Positions 1 through 8,213 are shown, counted from the stretch's first letter. The stretch: DNA of 18,831 bases from a virus (IMGVR_UViG_3300049044_000094); one strand, 5' to 3'. The notes: a model not told the origin generated them from the sequence alone. Program-made: numbers and translations.

Positions 1-107
1 ATTCTGGATGGGCTGGCCCTGCCGGCTGAAGAGGCCTTCGGCGCGAGCGATGCAGCGGATCCCATCGAGTTTCATTTGAGACCAGCACGGGCCAGCCCAT
101 CCAGAAT
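1..107. repeat. Perfect 19-bp inverted repeat inside the ligase CDS (1-19 and 89-107)
   Basis: ATTCTGGATGGGCTGGCCC / GGGCCAGCCCATCCAGAAT, checked base by base; 69-bp loop; may extend past the window edge. Confidence 0.95.
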
Positions 108-396
108 ATTTCTGAGCCAACATGGGTTGGAAAAATTTGGGTGTACCGAGGGTGTTAGGAGTCTCATGGTACTCGCGGTCGAGTTGGTGCCTGTAGCGGG
201 CCTCGACCTCGAACTGTGCCTGAGCCTCAGCCGTGTCCTTGCTTGCAGGGGTCGCCGTGGTCCAGCCGCTCTCGACTGGATTGCCGCCCATCAGGCCAGA
301 GATGGTGCGGTAACGATCGCTTGCCAACTCCATATACCAGAATCGCGTTCGGCCCGTGCTATCTAGCTTGTAGAGTGTGGGAAACTTCTGCGTCAT
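1..396 (-). CDS. ATP-dependent DNA ligase, N-terminal part (runs off left edge; absent from the ORF track)
   Basis: Manual translation from ATG at 396 (SD AAGGA upstream): MTQKFPTLYKLDSTGRTRFWY...QPMLAQKY...SQMKLDGIRCIARAEGLFSRQGQPIQN. Contains ligase motif I KxDGxR and the SRxG motif. Confidence 0.9.
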   Translation of the reverse strand, partial: MTQKFPTLYKLDSTGRTRFWYMELASDRYRTISGLMGGNPVESGWTTATPASKDTAEAQAQFEVEARYRHQLDREYHETPNTLGTPKFFQPMLAQKYSGWAGPCWSQMKLDGIRCIARAEGLFSRQGQPIQN

Positions 397-892
397 ATTC
401 ATCCTTGTGGTGAGTTTCGAAGGCCAATTGCCGAGCTTCAACTGCATCATCAAAGCTGTCGAAGTAGCCAAGGAAGTATCGCTTGTTGTTAACTTGTAGG
501 CGAACGGCCCACCTTGAGAGTCGCTTATTCCAGTTTATTCCGCGCACTCCAGAGGTGTTGTCAGTTCGAAGGCCGACGTTTGCTTGGTTTGTTGACTTTG
601 AAACATCCCGTAGATTTGAGATCCGGTTGTTTGTACGATCCCTATCCCGGTGATCAATTTCACCGACCGGCCAAATACCATGCGAGTAAAACCAAGCCAG
701 GCGATGCGCGAGAACCGTTTGGCCGAAAACCTCTATGGCTATATAGCCATTATTAAGTAACCAGCCGGCCTCTTTGCCGTCCCATCCGGGGCGGTTTGAT
801 ACTATCCAAGTAAATACCCCTGTGGATGGATCATATGAAATCACTGTCTTCAGTTGATCCAAGCTTACATGATTTAGATCCATCCGGAACAT
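359..892 (-). CDS. Free-standing HNH homing endonuclease with C-terminal AP2-like DNA-binding domain
   Basis: AHRLAW...IDHRDRDRTNNRISNLR HNH_3 motif followed by NTSGVRGINW...W...YFLGYFD...AVEARQ AP2 pattern; visibly more AT-rich than neighbouring genes. Confidence 0.92.
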   Translation of the reverse strand: MFRMDLNHVSLDQLKTVISYDPSTGVFTWIVSNRPGWDGKEAGWLLNNGYIAIEVFGQTVLAHRLAWFYSHGIWPVGEIDHRDRDRTNNRISNLRDVSKSTNQANVGLRTDNTSGVRGINWNKRLSRWAVRLQVNNKRYFLGYFDSFDDAVEARQLAFETHHKDEYDAEVSHTLQAR

Positions 893-895
893 AAC

Positions 896-1177
896 TTACC
901 TGTGCTTCATTGTGGGACGGTGTGGTTCCGACCAATCGATCCCTTCGCGGAGCCACAGCGGGCACCACTCCCAGTCGAAACAGTCGTCGAAGTCCGCAGC
1001 TTGCCAATCGAGGTGACACTGCTCGGCCCAGGAGCGAGCGAAGTTGCGCATGCTGGCAAAACCGTTCTGCGCGAAGGCTTGGGTGATCTCCTCGAACGTG
1101 TCGCCCGACTTGAGATCGAGCATCGCCTCCCACAGGCACATGGCGCTGTCGACGAGGTCGTCGGTCCATTGGGTCAC
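896..1177 (-). CDS. Hypothetical protein (93 aa, Trp/Cys/Asp-rich)
   Basis: ORF track; ATGA overlap with the upstream gene; fits operon packing. Confidence 0.75.
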   Translation of the reverse strand: MTQWTDDLVDSAMCLWEAMLDLKSGDTFEEITQAFAQNGFASMRNFARSWAEQCHLDWQAADFDDCFDWEWCPLWLREGIDWSEPHRPTMKHR

Positions 1178-1371
1178 AGCGTCAACGCCTTCTCGACCGT
1201 CAGATCAGGCACGAGAGTCTCGCCGCGGAGCACGACGATCTTCTCGATCGTGTCCCAATGAGGCCCTGCCTCGACGAGGTCGTGGAGATCCTCAAGCTCG
1301 TCGAGGTCGTGCTCGACGTCGACGGTGCCAACGGCGTTGGTGCGATAGTGGATGGTGGCGTGCCAGCGCAT
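1174..1371 (-). CDS. Hypothetical protein (65 aa)
   Basis: ORF track; coupled by TGATG and ATGA overlaps on both sides. Confidence 0.75.
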   Translation of the reverse strand: MRWHATIHYRTNAVGTVDVEHDLDELEDLHDLVEAGPHWDTIEKIVVLRGETLVPDLTVEKALTL

Positions 1372-1499
1372 CAGTTGTCATTATCCGGTTTGCGCGGATC
1401 CACGGGCAGCATATGCCGCGTGATGATCCGCTGCGCCGTCAGGAAGAGGGCGCGGTGAATTTCGATCGGCGTGGGTGGTGGGGACCAGTGCCTCATCAT
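1371..1499 (-). CDS. Small hypothetical protein (42 aa)
   Basis: Manual translation MMRHWSPPPTPIEIHRALFLTAQRIITRHMLPVDPRKPDNDN; AGGA SD; TGATG overlap with the next gene. Confidence 0.6.
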   Translation of the reverse strand: MMRHWSPPPTPIEIHRALFLTAQRIITRHMLPVDPRKPDNDN

Positions 1500-1510
1500 T
1501 GATATCCTGC

Positions 1511-1538
1511 GGCGGCCGGCGCGAAGCCGGCCGCCTTT
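1511..1538. terminator. GC-rich stem-loop after the rIIB stop (terminator or mRNA-stabilising hairpin)
   Basis: GGCGGCCGGC-GCGAA-GCCGGCCGCC, 10-bp perfect stem. A short T-run follows only on the + strand, so termination of the minus-strand mRNA is uncertain. Confidence 0.5.
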
Positions 1539-1541
1539 AGG

Positions 1542-2753
1542 TTAGGCTACATCTTCGACGAGGCGGACGAGATCGCGCGGCTCATCTACATCATCAGACC
1601 AAAAGCGGCCTGTGGCGGTGCGATAGCTGTCGAAACCACTCTGATCTTTCACGATCATGGTGTAGTTGGAGAAGCTGATGTCGAGCACTCGGATCGTGTA
1701 TTTGGTGCCGTTGCGGGCTTCCCAAATCTGGCCGACCTTCCACTCGACGTCGCTGACCTTGATCTCGGGTTCGGAGATCAGCTCGACAAGGTCCTCTTGA
1801 GACTCGTTACCATCATCCCAATCACGACCTGCGTCCGTGACGCAACCGGGGGCGCCGTCTTCGTACTGAACGTCCCAGGGATATACATCGTGGCCATCAT
1901 TTTGGATGATGGCGACGATGTCGCCCCCACGGGTACGCCACCTCTGGCCGACCTTCAGGTCGAGCGGAGACGGCGCCTCTTCCTCGTCCGTGAATGTCCC
2001 GTCATAGACGTAGGCGTTCGGATAGAACTCCGGCACCTTTTCCTTCGGGACTTCGCCGATCACCTCATAGCGGCAGCAGCGGCCCTTTTCGCAGCCATAT
2101 TCCTTCGGGATGGCCGTGACGTCGCGAGGGTGGACCTTGACGACGACCACGCGGTTGCCGCCGCCGGCGTAGTTGCGGAGATAGTTCGCCGAGCAGAAGT
2201 GCAGGCCGGTCGAGCAGGTCTGCTCTGGATCCTCATCGCACTCGTTGCGGGGCATCTCGACGACGTTGCCAGGTGTGTGGTCATAGACCCGGCCAGGGGT
2301 CTGGTGGATGCTGGTGTAGTCCTCGCGCACGGCCTTCCAAGCGAGGATGTAGCCGTCAGGCGTGACCGGCAGGTTGGACTTCTCGACCCACTCGAACAAG
2401 CCCTGGACGGCCCGATAGCTCGGGTTCTCCATGACGTTCTCAAGAAAGGCGATCAGCGGATCGGCGAGCGCCGGGTTGTTGCCGTCCATGTGCTGCAGGA
2501 TGCGGCGGGTGAGGCTGGTGTCGAGCGGCCGGCCGTTCCAGTAGAGGGCGCGGTCCTTGATCTCGATCGCGCCCTTCATGAAGTTGGCGACGGCGGCGGG
2601 GATGTCGATCAGCGGACGGACGGTGTCGACCGTGCCGCCGTTGGTCAGCGCGGCAATGATCTTGTCCCAGTTGACATGGGTGCGGGGGACGACGTGCGGG
2701 ACGAAGTCGAGCACGACGGTCACGGCATTCTCGGTGAGCGTGTACGGGATCAT
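1542..2753 (-). CDS. rIIB: RIIB-like protein with a duplicated C-terminal module
   Basis: FLENVMENPSYRAV...PVTPDGYILAWKAVREDY...MPRNECDEDPEQTCSTGLHFCS..YL...VKVHPRDVTAIP.EY...KGRCCRY rIIB core; directly downstream of rIIA with ATGA overlap. Confidence 0.9.
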   Translation of the reverse strand: MIPYTLTENAVTVVLDFVPHVVPRTHVNWDKIIAALTNGGTVDTVRPLIDIPAAVANFMKGAIEIKDRALYWNGRPLDTSLTRRILQHMDGNNPALADPLIAFLENVMENPSYRAVQGLFEWVEKSNLPVTPDGYILAWKAVREDYTSIHQTPGRVYDHTPGNVVEMPRNECDEDPEQTCSTGLHFCSANYLRNYAGGGNRVVVVKVHPRDVTAIPKEYGCEKGRCCRYEVIGEVPKEKVPEFYPNAYVYDGTFTDEEEAPSPLDLKVGQRWRTRGGDIVAIIQNDGHDVYPWDVQYEDGAPGCVTDAGRDWDDGNESQEDLVELISEPEIKVSDVEWKVGQIWEARNGTKYTIRVLDISFSNYTMIVKDQSGFDSYRTATGRFWSDDVDEPRDLVRLVEDVA

Positions 2754-4819
2754 AGGATCTCCACAAAGATGCGGGCATCGGTGTCGTTGGACAGCGAGTG
2801 CTTGGTGAGTTCGAGCAGGCGAACAGCGCTGGCCTGCTTGGTTTTGAAGGCGTCGAGCAGCGCGGCGGGATCGACGCGCTTCGGCAGCGTGGGAGTGACG
2901 AAGCGAGCAAGCTTGCGCTGCTCGGGGCTGAGGGGTGCGATGTAGCGATCGTAGAGCGCCACGATGCGGCCGAACGGCGACTTATGTTGGGTCGGCGTCA
3001 GGCTGAAGCGATGCTTGTTCGAGGCAATGAAGCTGAACAGTTGGGAGAGATCGCTGCCATACAGCGCCAGGCGCTGCGGTAGCTCGGCATAGAGGGAGAG
3101 AGCATCCTTCAGACGAAGATTGAATTCATCGTCGAAAGAGGTCCATCCCTTGAGCTTGGCAGCATCGCCCTGATTGGCGAAGTGCAGCTCATCATAGGTG
3201 ATGAGGCCGGTGTCCATCTTCTTGAAGAAGTCGGACGGCAGCTCGAAATTGGTGAGAGTGACGAGGACACCGGTGTCCGGCTGGTCGGCATACGGTATCT
3301 CAACAGCATAGTTGCTGTAGACATCAGGATTGACCCGATTGGTTTGATCATAGCCTGTTCCCAGTCCAAGGCCTCCGTGCCTGAACAGGCGCACCTTGGG
3401 GCGATCGCCGCGGCGCGCCGGCCGGGCAATCTCCGGCACCTCCAGCTCCGAGGTGAGCAAATACGCCTCTCGGGGCGGATTGCCGAGGGCATCCAGAAAG
3501 GCCTGCACGTTGGTGTGGTCGTACTGACGAAGCACGAGGATGTCCTTGGCGAGATATCCTTCATCCTGGACAAACAACTTGACACGCTGAATTGTCTTTG
3601 ACTTGGGCGTCAGCGGAAGATCATCGATAATGATCTTCTCGAATTTGGTCTGATTGAAATTGAAGAGGACTTCCCATTTTGCAGTCGTCCTCGTCCGCTT
3701 CGCGCCTCGTTGGCCATTGCGCCAAATCGTCCACGCCATTGTCGCGATCGGAAGCCGGGGGTTGAACTCGACGTCGAGCTTCTGTCCGCGCCAATAGGCG
3801 CTCTTGCGCAGCAGCCCAGTGCGGCCGCCACTGTTGTAGCTGTCGCCGATTTCCTTGTGCAGGGCGGCGCGAGCCTCCCACCAGGTCTCGCAGTGATCGA
3901 ACATAGTGGCAAAGCTGGCGACGATCTCGTCCAGCATGGCGTCGAGCGCCGCGCGGATCGATGCCGAGGTGCGGTCGTCGTAGCTCAGCGCCTCTCGCGA
4001 CAAGGCCACGCCGCACGCGCCGATCGGCAGATTGATGTCGAGCCCGTAGTCGAGCAGATATTTCAGCCGGTCGTCCTGGCGCAGGCCATATTCCAAGCTG
4101 TAACTGTCGACCGGGTAGCGGACGCCGCCCATGATCACGCCAAGGGCACCGGCCTCCTTGCGCATCGCCCAGCCCTTGCCGATCGCAATGTAATCGGGAG
4201 GGGTCAGTTGACCGTTGTGGACGATCGGCAGCGGGTTGAAATAGGGAAGGGCAGTCTGTGCAGCGGAGGCGAACACCTCGAAATCGCCGACGGCGACAGG
4301 GAAGCTGACCTCGACGCCGTTGTCCTCCTCGGTGGCGCCCTGGGCAAGCAGGCCGATAGCGGGGACACCATCCTCGTCCTTGAAGATGGTATAGACCGAC
4401 ACGACACCGTCATGCGTGGAGCGGATCGTGAACTGGTCGGTGTAGGCGAACGGACTCTTTGAGCCGATGCCGAAGCCGCCGATCTGATCGTTCGACTGGT
4501 CCTTTGTCGACCCGTCGGTGTACGCCATGAACCGCGTCATCATGAAGTCGTGGCTCATGCCGATGCCGCGATCACGGACACGGAAGACGGGATCCAGCTC
4601 ATTCGGCAACCAGACTTCGACGGGGACGTCGGCGCGGCCGGCGGCAGTGTGCGCGTCGATCGCGTTGGCGACCAGCTCGCGAGCAATGGCAACCGGTTTG
4701 TTGGCGTAGGTCTGATCGGCGAAGAAGTTGAAGATCTTGGGGGTGGCCTTGATTGTGGCCTTGGCAGTCTGCATCAGACCCTGCGAGGAGACCTCGCGGG
4801 TTTCTTGTTCCAGTAACAT
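2750..4819 (-). CDS. rIIA: RIIA-like protein (N-terminal GHKL/HATPase domain)
   Basis: YANKPVAIARELVANAIDAH...VRDRGIGMS...STKDQSNDQIGGFGIGSKSPFAYTDQF GHKL motifs; 689 aa; paired with rIIB; AGGA SD. Confidence 0.92.
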   Translation of the reverse strand: MLLEQETREVSSQGLMQTAKATIKATPKIFNFFADQTYANKPVAIARELVANAIDAHTAAGRADVPVEVWLPNELDPVFRVRDRGIGMSHDFMMTRFMAYTDGSTKDQSNDQIGGFGIGSKSPFAYTDQFTIRSTHDGVVSVYTIFKDEDGVPAIGLLAQGATEEDNGVEVSFPVAVGDFEVFASAAQTALPYFNPLPIVHNGQLTPPDYIAIGKGWAMRKEAGALGVIMGGVRYPVDSYSLEYGLRQDDRLKYLLDYGLDINLPIGACGVALSREALSYDDRTSASIRAALDAMLDEIVASFATMFDHCETWWEARAALHKEIGDSYNSGGRTGLLRKSAYWRGQKLDVEFNPRLPIATMAWTIWRNGQRGAKRTRTTAKWEVLFNFNQTKFEKIIIDDLPLTPKSKTIQRVKLFVQDEGYLAKDILVLRQYDHTNVQAFLDALGNPPREAYLLTSELEVPEIARPARRGDRPKVRLFRHGGLGLGTGYDQTNRVNPDVYSNYAVEIPYADQPDTGVLVTLTNFELPSDFFKKMDTGLITYDELHFANQGDAAKLKGWTSFDDEFNLRLKDALSLYAELPQRLALYGSDLSQLFSFIASNKHRFSLTPTQHKSPFGRIVALYDRYIAPLSPEQRKLARFVTPTLPKRVDPAALLDAFKTKQASAVRLLELTKHSLSNDTDARIFVEIL

Positions 4820-4829
4820 GGGAGTATTC

Positions 4830-5000
4830 CTAGTAGATGAGTTCCGGACGCCCGGTCTGCTTCAGATGGTCGAGCGTTTCTGCGGTGGGACAATGGCGGT
4901 TGTTGTCGTTGTCGAAGTCGCGTTCGAGAACTTCGCCATAGATTTTTCTGTGGTCCGTGAAGACCCAGCGGCGCTGGCCGATGCTTAGTTGAGCCCGCAT
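4830..5000 (-). CDS. Small hypothetical protein (56 aa)
   Basis: Manual translation MRAQLSIGQRRWVFTDHRKIYGEVLERDFDNDNNRHCPTAETLDHLKQTGRPELIY; GAGG SD; fills the gap before rIIA. Confidence 0.6.
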   Translation of the reverse strand: MRAQLSIGQRRWVFTDHRKIYGEVLERDFDNDNNRHCPTAETLDHLKQTGRPELIY

Positions 5001-5188
5001 TGGACGGCCTCGATTATGTCGTTGATGGTGCGGATTGCGTCAGGATCGATCTCGATGCCGAACTCGCTCTCGAGCGTGAGAGCGAGTTCGGCGCGATCCA
5101 TCCAATGAAGATGGAGAGCAGCGTCACGACGAGTGATCTCGGTAAAGTCATCGATGATATCCAGCACGCGGGCTTCGATGGTGCTCAT
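4985..5188 (-). CDS. Acyl-carrier-protein-like protein lacking the phosphopantetheine-attachment serine (alternative start 5245)
   Basis: MSTIEARVLDII...LHLHWMDRAELALTLESEFGIEI...IRTINDII aligns by eye to ACP MSTIEERVKKII...[23 protein letters not shown]...ITTVQAAI; DSLD is replaced by HWMD. Confidence 0.7.
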   Translation of the reverse strand: MSTIEARVLDIIDDFTEITRRDAALHLHWMDRAELALTLESEFGIEIDPDAIRTINDIIEAVQCGLN

Positions 5189-5259
5189 GGTGTCGATCAC
5201 TGCCGTGAGGCTGGGCTCTCGTGGAGTGAGAACTGGCTCAACCACTCAGATTGTCGCCC

Positions 5260-5616
5260 TCATACGTAGATCAGGTCACCGAACAGGCAACACTGGAGGA
5301 AAATGTCGGCGGTATCAGCGTCGGCTTCATCGTTGCGGAGATCGCCGAAGTCGGTGGGAAAATTGTCGGCCATGACTTGAAGCCCCTTTTGGATAGCCTC
5401 AAAGTCAAGGATGTATTCGTTGTCATCATCCTCGGCCTTGAATGTGCGGGGCACCATTGTGGGGCCATAAGCGTCGGCCGAGGAGTATTCCTCGTGCTTC
5501 AAGTAGCGTGGCGTGATGCTGGCGATCCAGTAACCCGACCCGCCCTCCATTGCTGAGGTCATGAGATCGGCGATCTGGTGAGCCGTGATATCGGTGGTGG
5601 AGGTGACGCTAAACAT
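5260..5616 (-). CDS. Acidic hypothetical phage protein (118 aa)
   Basis: Start re-called at ATG 5616 with GAGGAG SD; AMEGGSGYW and DADTADIFLQCCLFGDLIY patterns resemble a common uncharacterised phage family (from memory). Confidence 0.8.
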   Translation of the reverse strand: MFSVTSTTDITAHQIADLMTSAMEGGSGYWIASITPRYLKHEEYSSADAYGPTMVPRTFKAEDDDNEYILDFEAIQKGLQVMADNFPTDFGDLRNDEADADTADIFLQCCLFGDLIYV

Positions 5617-5812
5617 CGAGAATCTCCTCGACTTTCCAGTCATGACACTCAGCAGCAGTCAGCGGCCTTGCGTCGTCCGGACAGCTCATGTCGAACTCGT
5701 TGGCCATATCGATGGCTATACGGTAGGCGGCGAGGTGGTCGGGAGCTTCCACCTCGCGGATGACCTGGTCGATCTCGGTCACCTCGCGTTGGAAGACGAC
5801 CTGGAATTTCAC
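5609..5812 (-). CDS. Hypothetical protein (67 aa)
   Basis: GTG start with GGAG SD; overlaps both neighbours by 4-8 nt. Confidence 0.7.
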   Translation of the reverse strand: MKFQVVFQREVTEIDQVIREVEAPDHLAAYRIAIDMANEFDMSCPDDARPLTAAECHDWKVEEILDV

Positions 5813-6129
5813 GCCACCAGCTCCGTCAGCAATTCGATCTGCGCTATGATCGACGACATCTGCTTGTCGTTCATCTTGTAGCCCTCGCGCGGCGCCTCGC
5901 TCAGGACGAACGGCGAGATTTCGACGTTGACCATCTTGTCGACGGTGAAGAGCGCCCAGCAGGGCAGGGGGCGGGAGGACTCGCCGGCCACCTGATAGGC
6001 CCGCATGATGATCGAGCCATCCTTGGTGCTGGTGCCGATGGCGTGGGGTTCGACCACGCGGGGCTTGTCGTCATAGTCGAACGCCACGGTGCGGCCCTGG
6101 GTGAGGGCGGTGGTGAGGATCTCAAGCAT
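5809..6129 (-). CDS. Stand-alone WYL-domain protein (106 aa)
   Basis: Start re-called at ATG 6129 (GAGG SD): VAFDYDDKPRVVEPHAIG...MRAYQ...WALFTVDKMVNVEI matches the WYL pattern; no HTH domain. Confidence 0.8.
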   Translation of the reverse strand: MLEILTTALTQGRTVAFDYDDKPRVVEPHAIGTSTKDGSIIMRAYQVAGESSRPLPCWALFTVDKMVNVEISPFVLSEAPREGYKMNDKQMSSIIAQIELLTELVA

Positions 6130-6547
6130 CGACAACCTCGATCTCGTTGCGAAGAACTTCGCTGATGCGCTGGGCGGCCGCGTGGGGGTCGTCGGGATGT
6201 TCGGGGCCGAACATGCGTTCCCACAGCGAATAATGTTCGCCGTAGTCGTTCGTCGACACACCGAAAGCGCGCTTCTCGTAATCCCACCATTTCTCGTGTT
6301 CGAACGCCGGGATCCCTGCGAGCAACCCGTGCCCTACGGCGCAAGCACACGTCCCGCAGGTGTGTACCGCTTCGGCTGTGGCGTCGGCCGGTAGCTGTGG
6401 TCCCTCATCCTCGTCATAAAATCCATGAGCATTGAAGGCTCCCGTATAGGACTCCATCTTGAAGTGACTATAGTCGGCGGGAAGGTTGGCGAGGTACTCA
6501 GCGAGCTTGGCCAAGTTGTCGCGCTGTTGAGAAGTGATCTGAATCAT
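6122..6547 (-). CDS. Hypothetical protein with CGTxACAxGH motif (141 aa)
   Basis: ORF track; HTCGTCACAVGHG Cys/His cluster; coupled overlaps. Confidence 0.8.
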   Translation of the reverse strand: MIQITSQQRDNLAKLAEYLANLPADYSHFKMESYTGAFNAHGFYDEDEGPQLPADATAEAVHTCGTCACAVGHGLLAGIPAFEHEKWWDYEKRAFGVSTNDYGEHYSLWERMFGPEHPDDPHAAAQRISEVLRNEIEVVDA

Positions 6548-6792
6548 GCCAGGTTCTCCTGCCGAAGACGACGCGCCTGCTCACGCAGACCAGTCTTGCG
6601 GATGGTCTGGCCCTGCTCGGGGGCGCGGATATTGACATCAATCCGGTTCCCTTTGCGGTCGTGAAAGAAGGAGGTCGCAATTATTGGACTACGCGGCTCC
6701 TTGCGGAAGCCGTCACGGAGAAGATAGTTGGGGAGCGGCTTGATGCGCTTCAGCGCTGCGAGCTGAAGCTGTTGACGAAGCATGTCATGCAT
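6544..6792 (-). CDS. Basic hypothetical protein (82 aa)
   Basis: Start re-called at ATG 6792 (MHDMLRQQ...); 8-nt and 4-nt overlaps with neighbours. Confidence 0.65.
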   Translation of the reverse strand: MHDMLRQQLQLAALKRIKPLPNYLLRDGFRKEPRSPIIATSFFHDRKGNRIDVNIRAPEQGQTIRKTGLREQARRLRQENLA

Positions 6793-7156
6793 TGGCGAGT
6801 TCCCTGAGATAGGTGATGACGGCGGGGTTGCCGCGGAAATGAGCGCGGTGCTTGAACTTGAGAGATTCGTTGAACTTCTCATCGTAGCTGTCGTTCAGGT
6901 CGTAGACTTGGGTGGTGTCGGTGTTCAGCGGCTCGAGAACATCATCCAGCCCGAGCCAAGCGCTGTCGTAATCATCACAGGACATGCCCGCTTCGACGAA
7001 TAGGCGTCCGAGGGCGCAGAAGCAGGTCGCGTCAGAGCTGTCAGGTAGAACTTCGCGACCTTCAGCGTCGCAGGCGAATTGGCCGGTGATGTGGTTGTCG
7101 CGGTTGGCTTCGAGCCAGTCGGCGGTGCGCAGCAGCGCGGAGCGGATGTCGGTCAT
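6785..7156 (-). CDS. CFC/ND-motif protein (DUF6197-like), paralogue 5
   Basis: GQFACDAEG...ATCFCALGRL...VYDLND; family name from memory, needs HMM confirmation. Confidence 0.75.
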   Translation of the reverse strand: MTDIRSALLRTADWLEANRDNHITGQFACDAEGREVLPDSSDATCFCALGRLFVEAGMSCDDYDSAWLGLDDVLEPLNTDTTQVYDLNDSYDEKFNESLKFKHRAHFRGNPAVITYLRELANA

Positions 7157-7218
7157 GGACTAGTGTCCTGTCTAAAATATTGGTGGGTGTCGCGGAAGAT
7201 CGGCGAAATGACCGGGTC

Positions 7219-7761
7219 TTATTGTTCGACAGCTTCCGGTGCTTCGAGCAGGAGATATCCCAGGCCGCGCTCAAGAGAGCCGCGGCCGTTGCGGTGGTTG
7301 CGGGCGAGGGCGCGGAGGCCGTCCCAGCCTTCGGCGCGGAGTTCGCCGAGCCTGCACAGGGTTGCTTCCAGATAGAGGGCGAACTGGGCGCCGTCGGCGT
7401 CGTGGATGGCCTCTGCCGGATCATGATCCTTGAGCACCACACGCAGGCTGCGGAGGTGCTCGAGTTCCTTGCGTTCCTCGTCGGTGAGCCTGATGTCGGC
7501 TTCACCGCCACCCGCAGCCAGTACCTTAGCCTCGTGCGGGCTTATTGACCCGGCAGCGACGGCGTCGATCTGCTCATTGGAGAGGCCGGTTATCCCGCAA
7601 TCCTCGGTTTTGGGCGAACGCAGGACAAGCTCATTGAGGTAGACCATGAGCCCGTCCTTGTCGGTCGGCACCTCGACAGGGTTGCGCCAGTCGCCGCCGG
7701 CGGCTTTGCATTCGGCCTGGGTTCCGACGTAGGTGCCGTCGGGGGTGAGGTAGAATTTCAC
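7219..7761 (-). CDS. Hypothetical protein (180 aa)
   Basis: ORF track; GC3-rich codon usage; ATGA overlap. Confidence 0.8.
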   Translation of the reverse strand: MKFYLTPDGTYVGTQAECKAAGGDWRNPVEVPTDKDGLMVYLNELVLRSPKTEDCGITGLSNEQIDAVAAGSISPHEAKVLAAGGGEADIRLTDEERKELEHLRSLRVVLKDHDPAEAIHDADGAQFALYLEATLCRLGELRAEGWDGLRALARNHRNGRGSLERGLGYLLLEAPEAVEQ

Positions 7762-8018
7762 CAGTTGATATCCGAGCTGAGCAGTTCGCGGATCATGCCG
7801 GGGCGGATCTGGCCGGCCTCCTCGGCGACGATCTTCGCCTCATCTCGATCGACAAAGCGGCCACTGCTGGTGAGGAAGCCTTCCTTATCAGCGTGGTTGC
7901 GGCTCGCGGGGTTGGCGTCGCCGAGGGCGGCACGGATTTCCCAGTGCGCCTTGAAACCACGGCTCTCGGTCACACCATCGCGGATCAATGCCGCGGCAGT
8001 CAGTCGTTCAACAGTCAT
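7758..8018 (-). CDS. Hypothetical phage protein (86 aa)
   Basis: EGFLTSSGRFVDRDEA..VA..AGQ...LLSSDINW resembles a common uncharacterised phage motif (from memory). Confidence 0.8.
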   Translation of the reverse strand: MTVERLTAAALIRDGVTESRGFKAHWEIRAALGDANPASRNHADKEGFLTSSGRFVDRDEAKIVAEEAGQIRPGMIRELLSSDINW

Positions 8019-8211
8019 CGTCGATGTCCTGAAAATTGTAGGGATGGATGTCCTGGTCGTGCTCGCCCTTGGCGAAGATCACGACATCATCGTCGGCGAT
8101 CTCGCGCTGGGCACGGCGGTCCCAACCGCGGTGGATGAAGTCGGGGGTGCCGAATATGCGGACGGCGCGGTTGTATTCGTCGCCGCGGAACCAGACGAAG
8201 TGGAGGGCCAA
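8008..8211 (-). CDS. Hypothetical protein (67 aa)
   Basis: TTG start with GGAGG SD; HFVWFRGDEY...FGTPDFIHRGWDRRA. Confidence 0.8.
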   Translation of the reverse strand: MALHFVWFRGDEYNRAVRIFGTPDFIHRGWDRRAQREIADDDVVIFAKGEHDQDIHPYNFQDIDDDC

Positions 8212-8213
8212 AG

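Noticed and set aside
1797-2945. Long plus-strand ORFs (also 3710-4462, 15229-16158, 17792-18688)
   Set aside because: Antisense shadows of well-supported minus-strand genes in GC-rich DNA; no motifs or SD.
5761-5770. TGACCTGGTC partial copy of the palindrome
   Set aside because: Inside a CDS, explained by common codons and lacking the AAA flank; chance is likely though not proven.
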